A stretch of DNA of 64,000 nt from Pseudomonadota bacterium. Its GTDB lineage: Bacteria; Bdellovibrionota; UBA1018; CAIMNF01. The notes below the pieces were generated by a model. That model was given only the letters and a program-made list of their open reading frames with translations. It had not been told where the DNA came from and ran no database searches. The position numbers and the translations under genes were made by a program. Position 1 is the first letter of the stretch. Each line of letters opens with the position of its first letter. Positions 1 through 9,417 of the stretch are shown here, in pieces. The DNA lies in NCBI GenBank assembly GCA_027486675.1, contig JAIXOQ010000006.1, positions 9,125 to 73,124 of the forward strand, in the 5' to 3' direction.

Positions 1-1
1 T

Positions 2-430
2 AAGTGTTCGACTGTCATTTCAAGTATGACCCAAGGTCGACCAGTACCAGCAAGTGACTGGGTATTTGAATTGCGTGTCCATAGCGGCAACTCAGGAACG
101 CCAACGCCGATAAATTTTAATCTGATTAACCTATTTGCGGATCTAGGCACAAATCCACCGGGCACCATACAGCGGACATATATGGTGTATGAGAAATCCA
201 ATCTATGGGATGATTGGAATTGTTTTGAAAACTTCGGCAACGGAAACCAAAAATATTTCAACGGCTTCTGGCGCCACACAAGCTCGATACCATCACCTTC
301 GGTCGCACATCAGTGTATCTCCGCAGCACCGCTTCCAATCCAAGTTCCATTTTTCCCTCCGGCTGGCTTTAAATATTGGATTCGCACAATCCCTACCGGA
401 CAATGTTATCCGAATAGCAGTCCGATTTGA
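2..430 (+). CDS. hypothetical protein, 5' partial
   Basis: Frame of ORF 26..430 is open back to position 2 (KCSTVISS-M...); no recognised family. Confidence 0.5.
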   Translation, partial: KCSTVISSMTQGRPVPASDWVFELRVHSGNSGTPTPINFNLINLFADLGTNPPGTIQRTYMVYEKSNLWDDWNCFENFGNGNQKYFNGFWRHTSSIPSPSVAHQCISAAPLPIQVPFFPPAGFKYWIRTIPTGQCYPNSSPI

Positions 431-525
431 TCCCTGTCTGTCTGGACTCGCTCGACAGTAGTTGTGAAAAGGGAGGGGCTGTGGGGGTGTGCCTTTTTGG
501 CCGTTTACCGTACAGTTAAGGACTC

Positions 526-1440
526 ATGCCTTCCCCAACCGTTCTCATGCTTGGAAACTTTGACGGCGTTCACCGTGGACATCAAAAGCTCTACGGCCTT
601 GCTCGTGCTGCTGCAGCCGATCGCAATCTTCCCGTTACAGCGCTGACTTTTCGCCCCCATCCGACTGAGCATTTTAAGCCTGAAAGTAATCTGAAGTTGC
701 TGATGACTTACGACGAAAAAATAGAGTGTTTGGGAAAAATTGGCGTCGATCGGGTTATCGAAATCCCTTTTAACCAAGATTTGGCTTCAGTCAGCGCTCA
801 AGAATTCTATGAGCGCATCCTCAAAAAGGAACTCCGTGCGGAAGTGATTGTGGTGGGGACCGACTTTCGTTTTGGTACGGGTCGGCAAGGCACATCGCAG
901 TTACTGCAAGAGTGGTGTCAGCGCGATGGTTTGCAGCTCATTGTAGCTCCTGAACTCATGGACGGCGGGGCAGCGATTTCAAGTTCCCGCATTCGGTCAT
1001 TACTATTGGCCCACAATGTTGAAGAAGCAGGACGGTTGCTCGGGCGGCCCTTTTTCTACCGGGGGGAAGTGATCCATGGCGATAAGCGTGGCCGCACGAT
1101 TGGATTTCCTACTGCGAATATGCGCTGCGCTGAAAAATTCCCGCTCGCCAATGGTGTGTATGTCACGACCACGCTTTGGCAGGGTGCGTCTTTTCTATCG
1201 GTCACGAACATCGGGACGCGCCCAACATTTGTCGCGGCGAGCGCAGGATCGGGTGAAATTCCAATCCGTGTTGAAACTCATGTGCTCGACCACACAGAAT
1301 TAGAACTTTACGGCGAGCATCTTGAAGTGCAGTTTATAGCCCACCTTCGGGAAGAAAAACGATTCACAGGGGTGAACGAACTCGTGGATCAGATCAGGGC
1401 CGATGTCGCAGCAGCGCGCGGGTTTGTGGGGCAAGGGTAG
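526..1440 (+). CDS. ribF: bifunctional riboflavin kinase/FAD synthetase
   Basis: GNFDGVHRGH, ISSSRIR, GRTIGFPTAN, NIGTRPTF motifs. Confidence 0.97.
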   Translation: MPSPTVLMLGNFDGVHRGHQKLYGLARAAAADRNLPVTALTFRPHPTEHFKPESNLKLLMTYDEKIECLGKIGVDRVIEIPFNQDLASVSAQEFYERILKKELRAEVIVVGTDFRFGTGRQGTSQLLQEWCQRDGLQLIVAPELMDGGAAISSSRIRSLLLAHNVEEAGRLLGRPFFYRGEVIHGDKRGRTIGFPTANMRCAEKFPLANGVYVTTTLWQGASFLSVTNIGTRPTFVAASAGSGEIPIRVETHVLDHTELELYGEHLEVQFIAHLREEKRFTGVNELVDQIRADVAAARGFVGQG

Positions 1441-1469
1441 ATTTGACCGTAGACTGAGTGCTAATGGAT

Positions 1470-1508
1470 TGGAGTTGACTCCATTTTACTCATGAGTAAA
1501 ATGGAGTT
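1470..1508 (+). promoter_or_regulatory. sigma70-like promoter overlapped by a perfect 30-bp palindrome (putative operator)
   Basis: TTGACT(1475)-N16-TAAAAT(1497); palindrome ACTCCATTTTACTCATGAGTAAAATGGAGT at 1478-1507. Confidence 0.75.
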
Positions 1509-2645
1509 GTGTCCAAAATGCTCATGCGTTATCTCTCGGCGCCCATTCAGGCAGACCTTCAGAAAAAAATGGTCTTTTTAGGTGGGCCTAGGCAAGTGGG
1601 GAAGACTACGCTCGCACAAGGGTTGATTCATGATTTCTACGACGGCCATCCGGCTTACCTGAATTGGGACAGTGGCCCTGACCGAAAAAAGATCAAAAAC
1701 AGGGAGTGGCCAAACGCAGAACAGCTGATTGTCTTAGATGAAGTCCATAAGGCAAAGACTTGGCGAAACATGGTCAAGGGGTTCTACGATACCTTAAAAA
1801 ATACGCATTCATTTCTGATTACGGGGTCAGCCCGATTGGATCATTTTCGCAAAGGAGGCGATTCCCTTCTTGGGCGCTACCACTACTATCGGCTGCATCC
1901 TTACTCGGTAGCTGAGCTGGGTTACAAGAAGGATTGCTTAAAAAACCTCATGAACTTTGGTGGTTTTCCGGAGCCATATACCGAGGCAGATCCACGGAAT
2001 TTACGACGTTGGCACAATCAGAGGTTAGATCGGCTGATTCGGACGGATCTGAGAGATTGGGAAGATGTAAAGGACATGGAAAAAATTTTCGCTCTTGCGG
2101 AGGAACTGCCCAATCGCGTGGGATCACCTCTGTCTATTGCATCTCTTGCGCGCGATATCGAAGCAGATTTTAAGACGATCAAACGGTGGCTTGGGATCTT
2201 GTCCTCACTTTATTACTCCTTTTCAATCCCGCCTTTTGGGTCAGCGAAGATTCGAGCTGTAAAAAAAGAGCAGAAGCTCTATTTGTGGGACTGGAGCCAG
2301 GTTGAAAGCCCTGGAATTCGATTTGAAAACCTAGTTGCATCCCACCTGCTGAAGTACTGTCACTACCAGGAAGATGTGGAAGGACATCGCATGGAGCTTC
2401 GTTACTTGCGGGACACAGACAAGCGGGAGATTGACTTTGTGGTTCTTAAGAATAAAAAACCGGTCTTTGCGGTTGAATGTAAACACGGTGGGTCATCCGT
2501 ATCCCCTCATTTGTTTTACTTTCGGGATCGAACCGCGATACCTCGGTTTTACCAAGTGCATCTAGGTACTCAGTCTAGGCAAGTAGACGATCAGATATCA
2601 GTGATGCCATTTGAGGCCTTTTCCAAGGAGGTCGGCCTGCAGTAG
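1509..2645 (+). CDS. AAA_14 ATPase with DUF4143 and PD-(D/E)xK-like C-terminus
   Basis: GPRQVGKTT, IVLDEVHK, ITGSA, FENLV, REIDFVV...AVECK. Confidence 0.9.
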   Translation: MSKMLMRYLSAPIQADLQKKMVFLGGPRQVGKTTLAQGLIHDFYDGHPAYLNWDSGPDRKKIKNREWPNAEQLIVLDEVHKAKTWRNMVKGFYDTLKNTHSFLITGSARLDHFRKGGDSLLGRYHYYRLHPYSVAELGYKKDCLKNLMNFGGFPEPYTEADPRNLRRWHNQRLDRLIRTDLRDWEDVKDMEKIFALAEELPNRVGSPLSIASLARDIEADFKTIKRWLGILSSLYYSFSIPPFGSAKIRAVKKEQKLYLWDWSQVESPGIRFENLVASHLLKYCHYQEDVEGHRMELRYLRDTDKREIDFVVLKNKKPVFAVECKHGGSSVSPHLFYFRDRTAIPRFYQVHLGTQSRQVDDQISVMPFEAFSKEVGLQ

Positions 2646-2687
2646 ACAACACTCCGGAAATGGCGTACAATATCGGAGTATGCTCCG
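2643..2687 (+). promoter_or_regulatory. sigma70-like promoter with inverted-repeat operator, near-leaderless
   Basis: TAGACA(2643)-N17-TACAAT(2666), ATG at 2680; half-sites ACTCCG 2651, CGGAGT 2674, GCTCCG 2682. Confidence 0.7.
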
Positions 2688-3864
2688 AAGACACTTTAAC
2701 CCCTCAAAAACACAGAGCTTTTTCCTCTTTGGCCCCCGGGGTACTGGTAAGTCAACCCTACTGAGGTCGCTCTTTTTAGATGCGCCAGCCACTCTCTGGA
2801 TCGACCTACTGACCGAAGCAGATGAAGACCGGTATGGGCGGCATCCGGATCAGCTCTCAGAGGTGCTTGCCACCGATCGCTACCGGACTGTTGTCATTGA
2901 TGAGATTCAAAAGGCGCCCAAGTTGCTCGATATCGTTCATCTGGAAATTGAAAAGAGAAAAACACGATTTGCCCTCACGGGTTCGAGTGCGAGGAAGCTT
3001 CGCCGCGCAGGGGCAAACCTGCTTGCCGGACGAGCGATCTCTTACAGTCTGGCGCCTTTGACGCACTTGGAACTCGGGAATCAGTTTGACTTAGATACTG
3101 CGCTTCGGTTTGGCACCTTACCTTCATGTGTTTCATTTTCAAACGAAGAGGAGGTCGGACTCTATCTTCGCTCTTATGTGAAGTCCTATTTGAAAGAAGA
3201 GATCGTGGCAGAGCAGATCGTTCGAAATGTGCGGCCCTTTCAAGATTTCTTAGAAGTTGCCGCCCAAACAAATGGTCAGATCGTAAGCTACGCTAAGATC
3301 GCACGTGATGTAGGAGTGGACGATAAGACCATCGCAAACTACTTCGAGATTCTAGTGGATACTTTAGTTGGATTTCAGCTGCCCCCTTTTCATAGGTCCA
3401 TCCGAAAGCGTCAAAAAATGCAGAGCAAATTCTATTTTTTTGATCCGGGGGTAAAGCGCGCACTGGATCGCACGCTTTCGATTCCTCTTCAGCCAAAAAC
3501 CTTTGCTTTTGGAAAGGCTTTTGAGCACTGGGTCATCTTAGAAGTCCATAGGCTGAATGAATACTCCGGCGTTGATTTCCGCTTCAGCTACATGATGACC
3601 AAAGACGATGCTGAAATTGACCTGATCATTGAGCGCCCCGGACAGCCGGACCTTCTCATCGAGATTAAATCCTCTGATTCACCGCAAGAGACAGAAGTGC
3701 GCGGATTGCAGACCTTTCAAAGTGACTGGGACCGACCCTGCGAGGCCCAGATGTGGTCCAATGACCCTGTGGCAAAAAAAATTGGGGATGTCCTTTGTTT
3801 GCATTGGGTGGAGGGGTTACAGAATCTGTTTCCTACTCTCCCCGCCAAATTCCTAACGCCATGA
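2680..3864 (+). CDS. AAA_14 ATPase with DUF4143 and PD-(D/E)xK-like C-terminus
   Basis: GPRGTGKST, VVIDEIQK, LTGSSARKL, KFYFFDPG, EIDLIIE...IEIK; start moved to ATG 2680 to avoid overlap and fit the promoter. Confidence 0.9.
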   Translation: MLRRHFNPSKTQSFFLFGPRGTGKSTLLRSLFLDAPATLWIDLLTEADEDRYGRHPDQLSEVLATDRYRTVVIDEIQKAPKLLDIVHLEIEKRKTRFALTGSSARKLRRAGANLLAGRAISYSLAPLTHLELGNQFDLDTALRFGTLPSCVSFSNEEEVGLYLRSYVKSYLKEEIVAEQIVRNVRPFQDFLEVAAQTNGQIVSYAKIARDVGVDDKTIANYFEILVDTLVGFQLPPFHRSIRKRQKMQSKFYFFDPGVKRALDRTLSIPLQPKTFAFGKAFEHWVILEVHRLNEYSGVDFRFSYMMTKDDAEIDLIIERPGQPDLLIEIKSSDSPQETEVRGLQTFQSDWDRPCEAQMWSNDPVAKKIGDVLCLHWVEGLQNLFPTLPAKFLTP

Positions 3865-3910
3865 TCCCCACGCTGCAAAGATTCGTTAAAGAGCTTTAAC
3901 ATATAAGGTA

Positions 3911-5608
3911 ATGTCCCGAAAGTTAGTCGATCTCTTACAGAAGGAACGTTTGATCACAGATGCGCAAGCTGTGGAAGCAGGTGCGTTGATCAAGGCCGGT
4001 CAAGATCCGATCCGAAATTTTGTCGATAGAAAAATTATCTCAGAATCAAAGCTCGTATACTTCCTATCGCAGAGATTCTCTTTGCCGAGCATTAATTTAT
4101 CTAAATATGAAATTAAGCCGGAGGTGATCGGACTTGTGAACGGGGATTTGGCCCGTAAATTGAACGCCATTCCGATTCAAACTAACAAGGGCATTTTGGT
4201 TGTCGCGATCACTGATCCAACGCACATGGAAGCCTTAGACGACATTCGCTTTGCAACCAAGATGAACGTCGAAGCAGTCCTGATCACCTACAGTGCCTAT
4301 GACCAGGCCATGATGCGGTATTACGGTGGTACCAGCAGCATCACGAAGGCAGTCGAACAATTTCGAAAAGAGAGCAATACCACAGTTGAAATGGTCGTGG
4401 ATCAATCTCTATCCACCATGCATGAGATCGACACGGGCGGTAATAGTGCTGACGAAGCGCCTGTGATTTCAACCGTGAACGGAATTTTAACGGAGTCTTT
4501 ACGTCGCGGTGCCTCAGATATCCACGTTGAACCCTATGAAAAAGACTTCCGTGTGCGCATGCGTATTGATGGAACCTTGCTGGATGTCTTACACATCCCT
4601 ATGGAAATGCGCCGGGCCGTGATTGCGCGTTTTAAAATTATGTCCCGCATGGATATTTCTGAATCCCGTGTGCCGCAAGACGGACGGATAAAAATCAAGG
4701 TAAGCGGACGTGAAGTGGACTTCCGTGTGAATAGTCTGCCGACATTATTTGGCGAAAAAGTCGTGCTTCGGATTTTATCTAAAGGAAACCTTCAGCTTGA
4801 TCTTCAGAAACTAGGATTTGAACCCAAACAGCTCGAACTCTTTCGTAAGGGTGTCACGCAACCGAGCGGCATGGTCTTAGTCACCGGCCCAACGGGTAGC
4901 GGAAAGACCACCACACTCTATTCGGCGCTCATGGAACTGAATCAAATTGGCGACAACTTAAGTACCGTTGAGGACCCAGTCGAATACAACCTAGAAGGCA
5001 TTAATCAGGTGCAGATCAACAAAGACGTGGGGCTTACATTCGCAAGTGCTCTGAGAGCGCTATTGCGGCAAGATCCGGATTCGATCTTGGTCGGGGAAAT
5101 TCGGGATTATGAAACAGGCGAAGTGGCAGTGCAGGCGGCGCTCACCGGACACTTAGTGTTATCGACACTTCACACCAACGATACAGTTGCAACAATCACA
5201 CGTCTTGTGAACATGGGGATCGAACCGTTTCTAGTCACTGCCTCTGTGAACTCCATCATTGCTCAAAGGTTACTCAGGACCTTATGTAAGAAATGTAAAG
5301 TACCTTCAAGTATTCCTACGGAATTCGCAAAGAAGCTTGCTGCCTTAGATTCAAACGGCAAAGTCTTTAGCCCGAAAGGTTGCAGCGAATGTGCTAACAC
5401 GGGCTACAAGGGCCGGGTTGCGGTCTATGAAGTCTTAGATTTTTCGCAGAACCTAAAAGAAATGGTGCTCGCCAATCGCACAGCAATTGAAATCAAGCGA
5501 ACTGCCATTGAAGAAGGAATGCAGACCCTTCGTACTTCAGCTCTTAAAAAAGCATTGGAAGGTCGTGTCAGCGTTGAAGAGGCAGTCTCAATGACTGCGG
5601 AGGATTAG
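3911..5608 (+). CDS. pilB: type IV pilus assembly ATPase PilB
   Basis: ASDIHVEP, GPTGSGKTTT, LRQDPD, tetracysteine Zn motif. Confidence 0.96.
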   Translation: MSRKLVDLLQKERLITDAQAVEAGALIKAGQDPIRNFVDRKIISESKLVYFLSQRFSLPSINLSKYEIKPEVIGLVNGDLARKLNAIPIQTNKGILVVAITDPTHMEALDDIRFATKMNVEAVLITYSAYDQAMMRYYGGTSSITKAVEQFRKESNTTVEMVVDQSLSTMHEIDTGGNSADEAPVISTVNGILTESLRRGASDIHVEPYEKDFRVRMRIDGTLLDVLHIPMEMRRAVIARFKIMSRMDISESRVPQDGRIKIKVSGREVDFRVNSLPTLFGEKVVLRILSKGNLQLDLQKLGFEPKQLELFRKGVTQPSGMVLVTGPTGSGKTTTLYSALMELNQIGDNLSTVEDPVEYNLEGINQVQINKDVGLTFASALRALLRQDPDSILVGEIRDYETGEVAVQAALTGHLVLSTLHTNDTVATITRLVNMGIEPFLVTASVNSIIAQRLLRTLCKKCKVPSSIPTEFAKKLAALDSNGKVFSPKGCSECANTGYKGRVAVYEVLDFSQNLKEMVLANRTAIEIKRTAIEEGMQTLRTSALKKALEGRVSVEEAVSMTAED

Positions 5609-5611
5609 GGT

Positions 5612-6697
5612 ATGAGCAGCACACAAGCCACAGTCAGTAAGCTCACCATGGCGCAGCTTTTGCGCGGGATGCTGGATCAAGATGCCTCAGACTTACACCT
5701 TTCTGTGGATAGCCCGCCACAGTACCGGATCCACGGAAAATTACACCGTACGAAGCTCGGTGGTTTAACCGGAGACGCGATCAAGGAGTTGGTGTACGCG
5801 ATATTAACGGACGCTCAGAAGAAGAACTTCGAAGAGGCGCGGGAACTCGATTTTTCCTTTGGTGTGAAAGATACGGCCCGTTTTCGGGGAAACCTCATGT
5901 TTCAAAAGGGGCATATCTCCGCTGTATTTCGTAAGATCCCAAACAAAATTCCAGATCTTGATTTCTTAGGACTTCCCGACGTCTTAAGAAAAGTTGTGAA
6001 AAATCCAAGCGGGTTATTTTTAGTCACTGGACCCACGGGGAGTGGGAAGTCTACTTCTCTTGCCGCCGTCGTTGATTACGTGAATACGAATGAGAACGGC
6101 CATATTCTAACAGTCGAAGACCCAATCGAATTTGTGCACCCGCATAAAAACTGTGTAGTGAACCAACGGGAGGTGGGGTCAGACTCGCTCACGTTCCAAG
6201 ATGCGTTAAAACACGCATTACGTCAGGACCCGGACTACATTCTGGTCGGGGAACTTAGGGACCTTGAAACCATCGAAATGGCGCTCACTGCTGCTGAAAC
6301 TGGACACTTGGTTTTTGCTACACTGCACACCAACGGTGCCGTTGCTACCATCGCCCGTATAGTGAACGTATTTCCGTCCCACCAACAGCCTCAGGTGAGG
6401 CAGCTTCTTGCTTCCGTGTTGCAATGCGTCTTGACCCAGCAGCTGGTTCCAAACAGTGAAGGTGGCGGTCGAGCGCTTGCGCTTGAACTCATGATCCCTA
6501 ATATGGCGATTCGTAACCTGATCCGTGAAGACAAGTTACACCAGATCTACAGTGTTCTTCAAAGCGGACAAGGTGGAAGTGGAATGACCACCATGAATCA
6601 AAGTCTCTTTGCCCACGTGAAGTCAGGTAAGCTAACGAAGGGCGATGCGTTGGGATATTCCACCATCCCTGAAGAACTTCAAAAAATGTTAGGCTAA
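5612..6697 (+). CDS. pilT: type IV pilus retraction ATPase PilT
   Basis: GPTGSGKST, AETGHLVFATLHT, AIRNLIRE motif. Confidence 0.97.
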   Translation: MSSTQATVSKLTMAQLLRGMLDQDASDLHLSVDSPPQYRIHGKLHRTKLGGLTGDAIKELVYAILTDAQKKNFEEARELDFSFGVKDTARFRGNLMFQKGHISAVFRKIPNKIPDLDFLGLPDVLRKVVKNPSGLFLVTGPTGSGKSTSLAAVVDYVNTNENGHILTVEDPIEFVHPHKNCVVNQREVGSDSLTFQDALKHALRQDPDYILVGELRDLETIEMALTAAETGHLVFATLHTNGAVATIARIVNVFPSHQQPQVRQLLASVLQCVLTQQLVPNSEGGGRALALELMIPNMAIRNLIREDKLHQIYSVLQSGQGGSGMTTMNQSLFAHVKSGKLTKGDALGYSTIPEELQKMLG

Positions 6698-6711
6698 GGC
6701 AGAACTAAAAG

Positions 6712-7938
6712 ATGGCTGACTTTCGTTACATCGCAGCCGACAGAAGCGGCAAAAAAGTGGAAGGCAAGCTCAGCGTCACGAACGAAGGCGAGCTGCGTAT
6801 GGTGCTGCGCGGCCAAGGGCTTAGGCCGCTTAAGATTCAAAAAGCCGGAATCGCAGAGCAAGACATAGGCGCTATGATTTCAGGCGCGCTCGGGATGGGT
6901 AAGGGTGTACCGGCGGATCGTCTGCTTAACTTTTTTAGACAGCTTCAAACGATGATCAATGCCGGCGTGCCGATTCTTCAGGCACTTGAAATTCAGTCGG
7001 AACAAGAGGCTCATCCGCAGCTTAAGAAAATCCTGATCAATTCCAGGGAACGCGTCAAAGAGGGAAAATTCTTGTGGGAGAGTTTCCTCAACTATCCCGA
7101 AGCTTTTGAACGGGTTGTTGTGGCGATGATTCAAGCCGGTGAAACCACCGGGACCTTAGACATCATGTTAAAACGTATCGGTAAATACATGGAAAACTCG
7201 TATCGCCTCAAGCGGCTGATTAAGACTTCCATGTACTATCCGATCGGTGTGCTGTCTCTTTCTTTTGTGATTGTTGCGGGCTTGCTGACTTGGGTTATTC
7301 CTCAGTTTGCATCGATGTTAACGCAGAATGGTCAGGCGCTGCCATGGATCACTTGGTTCATGATGAAGTTGTCCGAGGAGTTTCGGAAAAACTGGTACCT
7401 CATCTTCGCAGGCATGATTGGCGTGGCACTTTTGATCCGCGCCTATGTCAAAACCGAAGGTGGCAGAATTGCAGTTCAGCGTCTGGCGTTAAAGCTTCCA
7501 CTCTTTGGTAGCCTCATTCAAAAAACGGGTGTCGCACGTTTTTGTCGCACGATTTCAACACTGCTCAGTTCAGGGGTGCCGGTCTTAGACGCGCTTGATA
7601 TTACCCGTCGCGCTGCGGGATCGATTGTGTTTGAAGAGGCGATCCGGGACATGCGAAAGAGAGTAGAGATGGGGCAGACCTTTGGGACGGCCATTTCGTC
7701 GCATCCGATTTTCCCACGCATGGTGACCCAGATGATTGTGGTGGGTGAAAGTACCGGAAATTTGGATAAAATGACTGAAAAAGTAGCGGACTTTTACGAA
7801 GAAGAAGTGGAAACCACAGTGACGGGTATGACTAAACTCATCGAACCCTTTTTGATTGTCTTTATCGGTGGAATGATCGCAACCGTGATGATCGCTATGT
7901 ATCTTCCAATCTTCATGGCAGCCGGCGGTGCAACCTGA
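6712..7938 (+). CDS. pilC: type IV pilus platform protein PilC
   Basis: Two T2SSF repeats, GESTGNLD, MYLPIF C-terminus; synteny. Confidence 0.96.
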   Translation: MADFRYIAADRSGKKVEGKLSVTNEGELRMVLRGQGLRPLKIQKAGIAEQDIGAMISGALGMGKGVPADRLLNFFRQLQTMINAGVPILQALEIQSEQEAHPQLKKILINSRERVKEGKFLWESFLNYPEAFERVVVAMIQAGETTGTLDIMLKRIGKYMENSYRLKRLIKTSMYYPIGVLSLSFVIVAGLLTWVIPQFASMLTQNGQALPWITWFMMKLSEEFRKNWYLIFAGMIGVALLIRAYVKTEGGRIAVQRLALKLPLFGSLIQKTGVARFCRTISTLLSSGVPVLDALDITRRAAGSIVFEEAIRDMRKRVEMGQTFGTAISSHPIFPRMVTQMIVVGESTGNLDKMTEKVADFYEEEVETTVTGMTKLIEPFLIVFIGGMIATVMIAMYLPIFMAAGGAT

Positions 7939-8879
7939 GCCAGCCAAAACTTTCTCGTCCCATCTTAGGGGATTCTGAACCGGTCACGACCATGGTGAAA
8001 CTCATAGAACGGGTCGCGCCTTCACTCACCAATGTCCTGGTCTTAGGTGAAAGTGGAACGGGCAAAGAGTTAGTCGCCCGAGCATTGCATGAACTGAGTC
8101 CCGCTTCTTCCCACGCTTTTATCGCGGTCAACTGTGGGGCCATCCCAGAAACCCTCATTGAGAGCGAGCTTTTCGGACACAAGAAGGGATCATTCACAGG
8201 TGCTGTTGCTGATAAGCCAGGGCTCTTTGAAGCAGCAGACGGTGGCACGCTTTTCTTAGATGAAATTGGGGAGCTTCCGCTTTCCATGCAGGTGAAGTTG
8301 CTCCGTGCACTTCAGGATCGATCGGTGAGGCGCGTTGGGGAGAACCGCGACGTCAAAGTGACTGCTCGCATTGTTGCTGCTACAAACAGAGATTTAGAAG
8401 AAGGTGTGCGGCGCGGTACATTCCGCGAAGATCTGTATTTTAGGTTGAATGTTATTCAAATTGAGACCCCCCCACTTCGGGCACGCGGCACTGATATTGA
8501 GGCGCTTGCGCAGATCTTTTTAGATCGCATGGGAAAAAAGTTATCGCGGAAGTTTGAAGGATTTACCGCAGAGGCTCTCAATGTTTTGCGCACTCATCGC
8601 TGGCCCGGAAACATCCGTGAATTAGAAAACGTGGTGGAGCGCGCCGCAACTTTAGAAACTGAGGCTTGGATCACGCCTCTCACGTTCCCGCCCGAGGTGG
8701 TGAAGGCTGCGGCCCAGTCGGGAAAAGAAGTGGGCGTGCTGACTTTGAAGGCAGACTTTTCTTTAGGGCAGGTGGATCTCTCGGCCGTGATGAAGAACGT
8801 GCGTGCGTTCTATGAACGTGAGGCGCTGATCGTGACTTTAGGGGATGAAGTGAAGGCGAAGGTCCTGATTCGGGAGTGA
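7935..8879 (+). CDS. sigma54-dependent activator AAA+ domain in PilR position, no receiver, truncated Fis HTH
   Basis: GESGTGKE, ESELFGH, GSFTGA, FLDEIGE, WPGNIRELEN; the conserved ILGDS segment lies upstream of ATG 7992, implying CTG start at 7935. Confidence 0.8.
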   Translation: MSQPKLSRPILGDSEPVTTMVKLIERVAPSLTNVLVLGESGTGKELVARALHELSPASSHAFIAVNCGAIPETLIESELFGHKKGSFTGAVADKPGLFEAADGGTLFLDEIGELPLSMQVKLLRALQDRSVRRVGENRDVKVTARIVAATNRDLEEGVRRGTFREDLYFRLNVIQIETPPLRARGTDIEALAQIFLDRMGKKLSRKFEGFTAEALNVLRTHRWPGNIRELENVVERAATLETEAWITPLTFPPEVVKAAAQSGKEVGVLTLKADFSLGQVDLSAVMKNVRAFYEREALIVTLGDEVKAKVLIRE

Positions 8880-8895
8880 GGTTTCATAGGGATGG

Positions 8896-9405
8896 TTATG
8901 CCTCCATCAGCTCTTCAAGAAAAAACTGAGTTTTTGCCGGAATCTTTGCCTTTGGAAAGTACCCTTCGATCAATTTAAAAACAACTGAAGCATCCTTGAT
9001 CTGAAGGTGTCGAATGAGAAATTGCACGTCATCCTTGTCGTGGCTATCCCAACGAGCGCTGAGGCACTTCATGGCCAGCATGTATCTGGGTTCCGGCGCC
9101 CAAACTCTAAGATGCGAGAGCTCGAGAACGGATTCTTTTTGGAACTCACCTTGGATGAACACCTTTGCAGCATCATTCAGCCAGTCGGGTGCAAGCTGAT
9201 GCGCTTCTCCTATTTCTGCAACAAACTTTCTGATCAATGCAGTGGGCGCAAAAATCGCATCCACATCTTTGGTCGCGTCCCTGGCTTGGTAGACTAAACA
9301 CATCACGGCACCGCCTACGATGCCGACCTCGCCTCGATCCTGATTTTGCCGGAGTTTTTCGTTGAGCTCAAAAAACAGATCTTTGATTTGCGTCGCTTTT
9401 AGCAT
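8896..9405 (-). CDS. nucleotidyltransferase (DUF6036-like), putative toxin
   Basis: IVGGAVM...RDATKDVDA, DWLNDAAK, LAMK...DKDD. Confidence 0.8.
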   Translation of the reverse strand: MLKATQIKDLFFELNEKLRQNQDRGEVGIVGGAVMCLVYQARDATKDVDAIFAPTALIRKFVAEIGEAHQLAPDWLNDAAKVFIQGEFQKESVLELSHLRVWAPEPRYMLAMKCLSARWDSHDKDDVQFLIRHLQIKDASVVFKLIEGYFPKAKIPAKTQFFLEELMEA

Positions 9406-9417
9406 GGGTCTCCATTG

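Noticed and set aside
2611..2679. N-terminal extension of the second AAA ATPase
   Set aside because: Overlaps the upstream gene and contains the promoter; ATG 2680 fits the paralogue alignment
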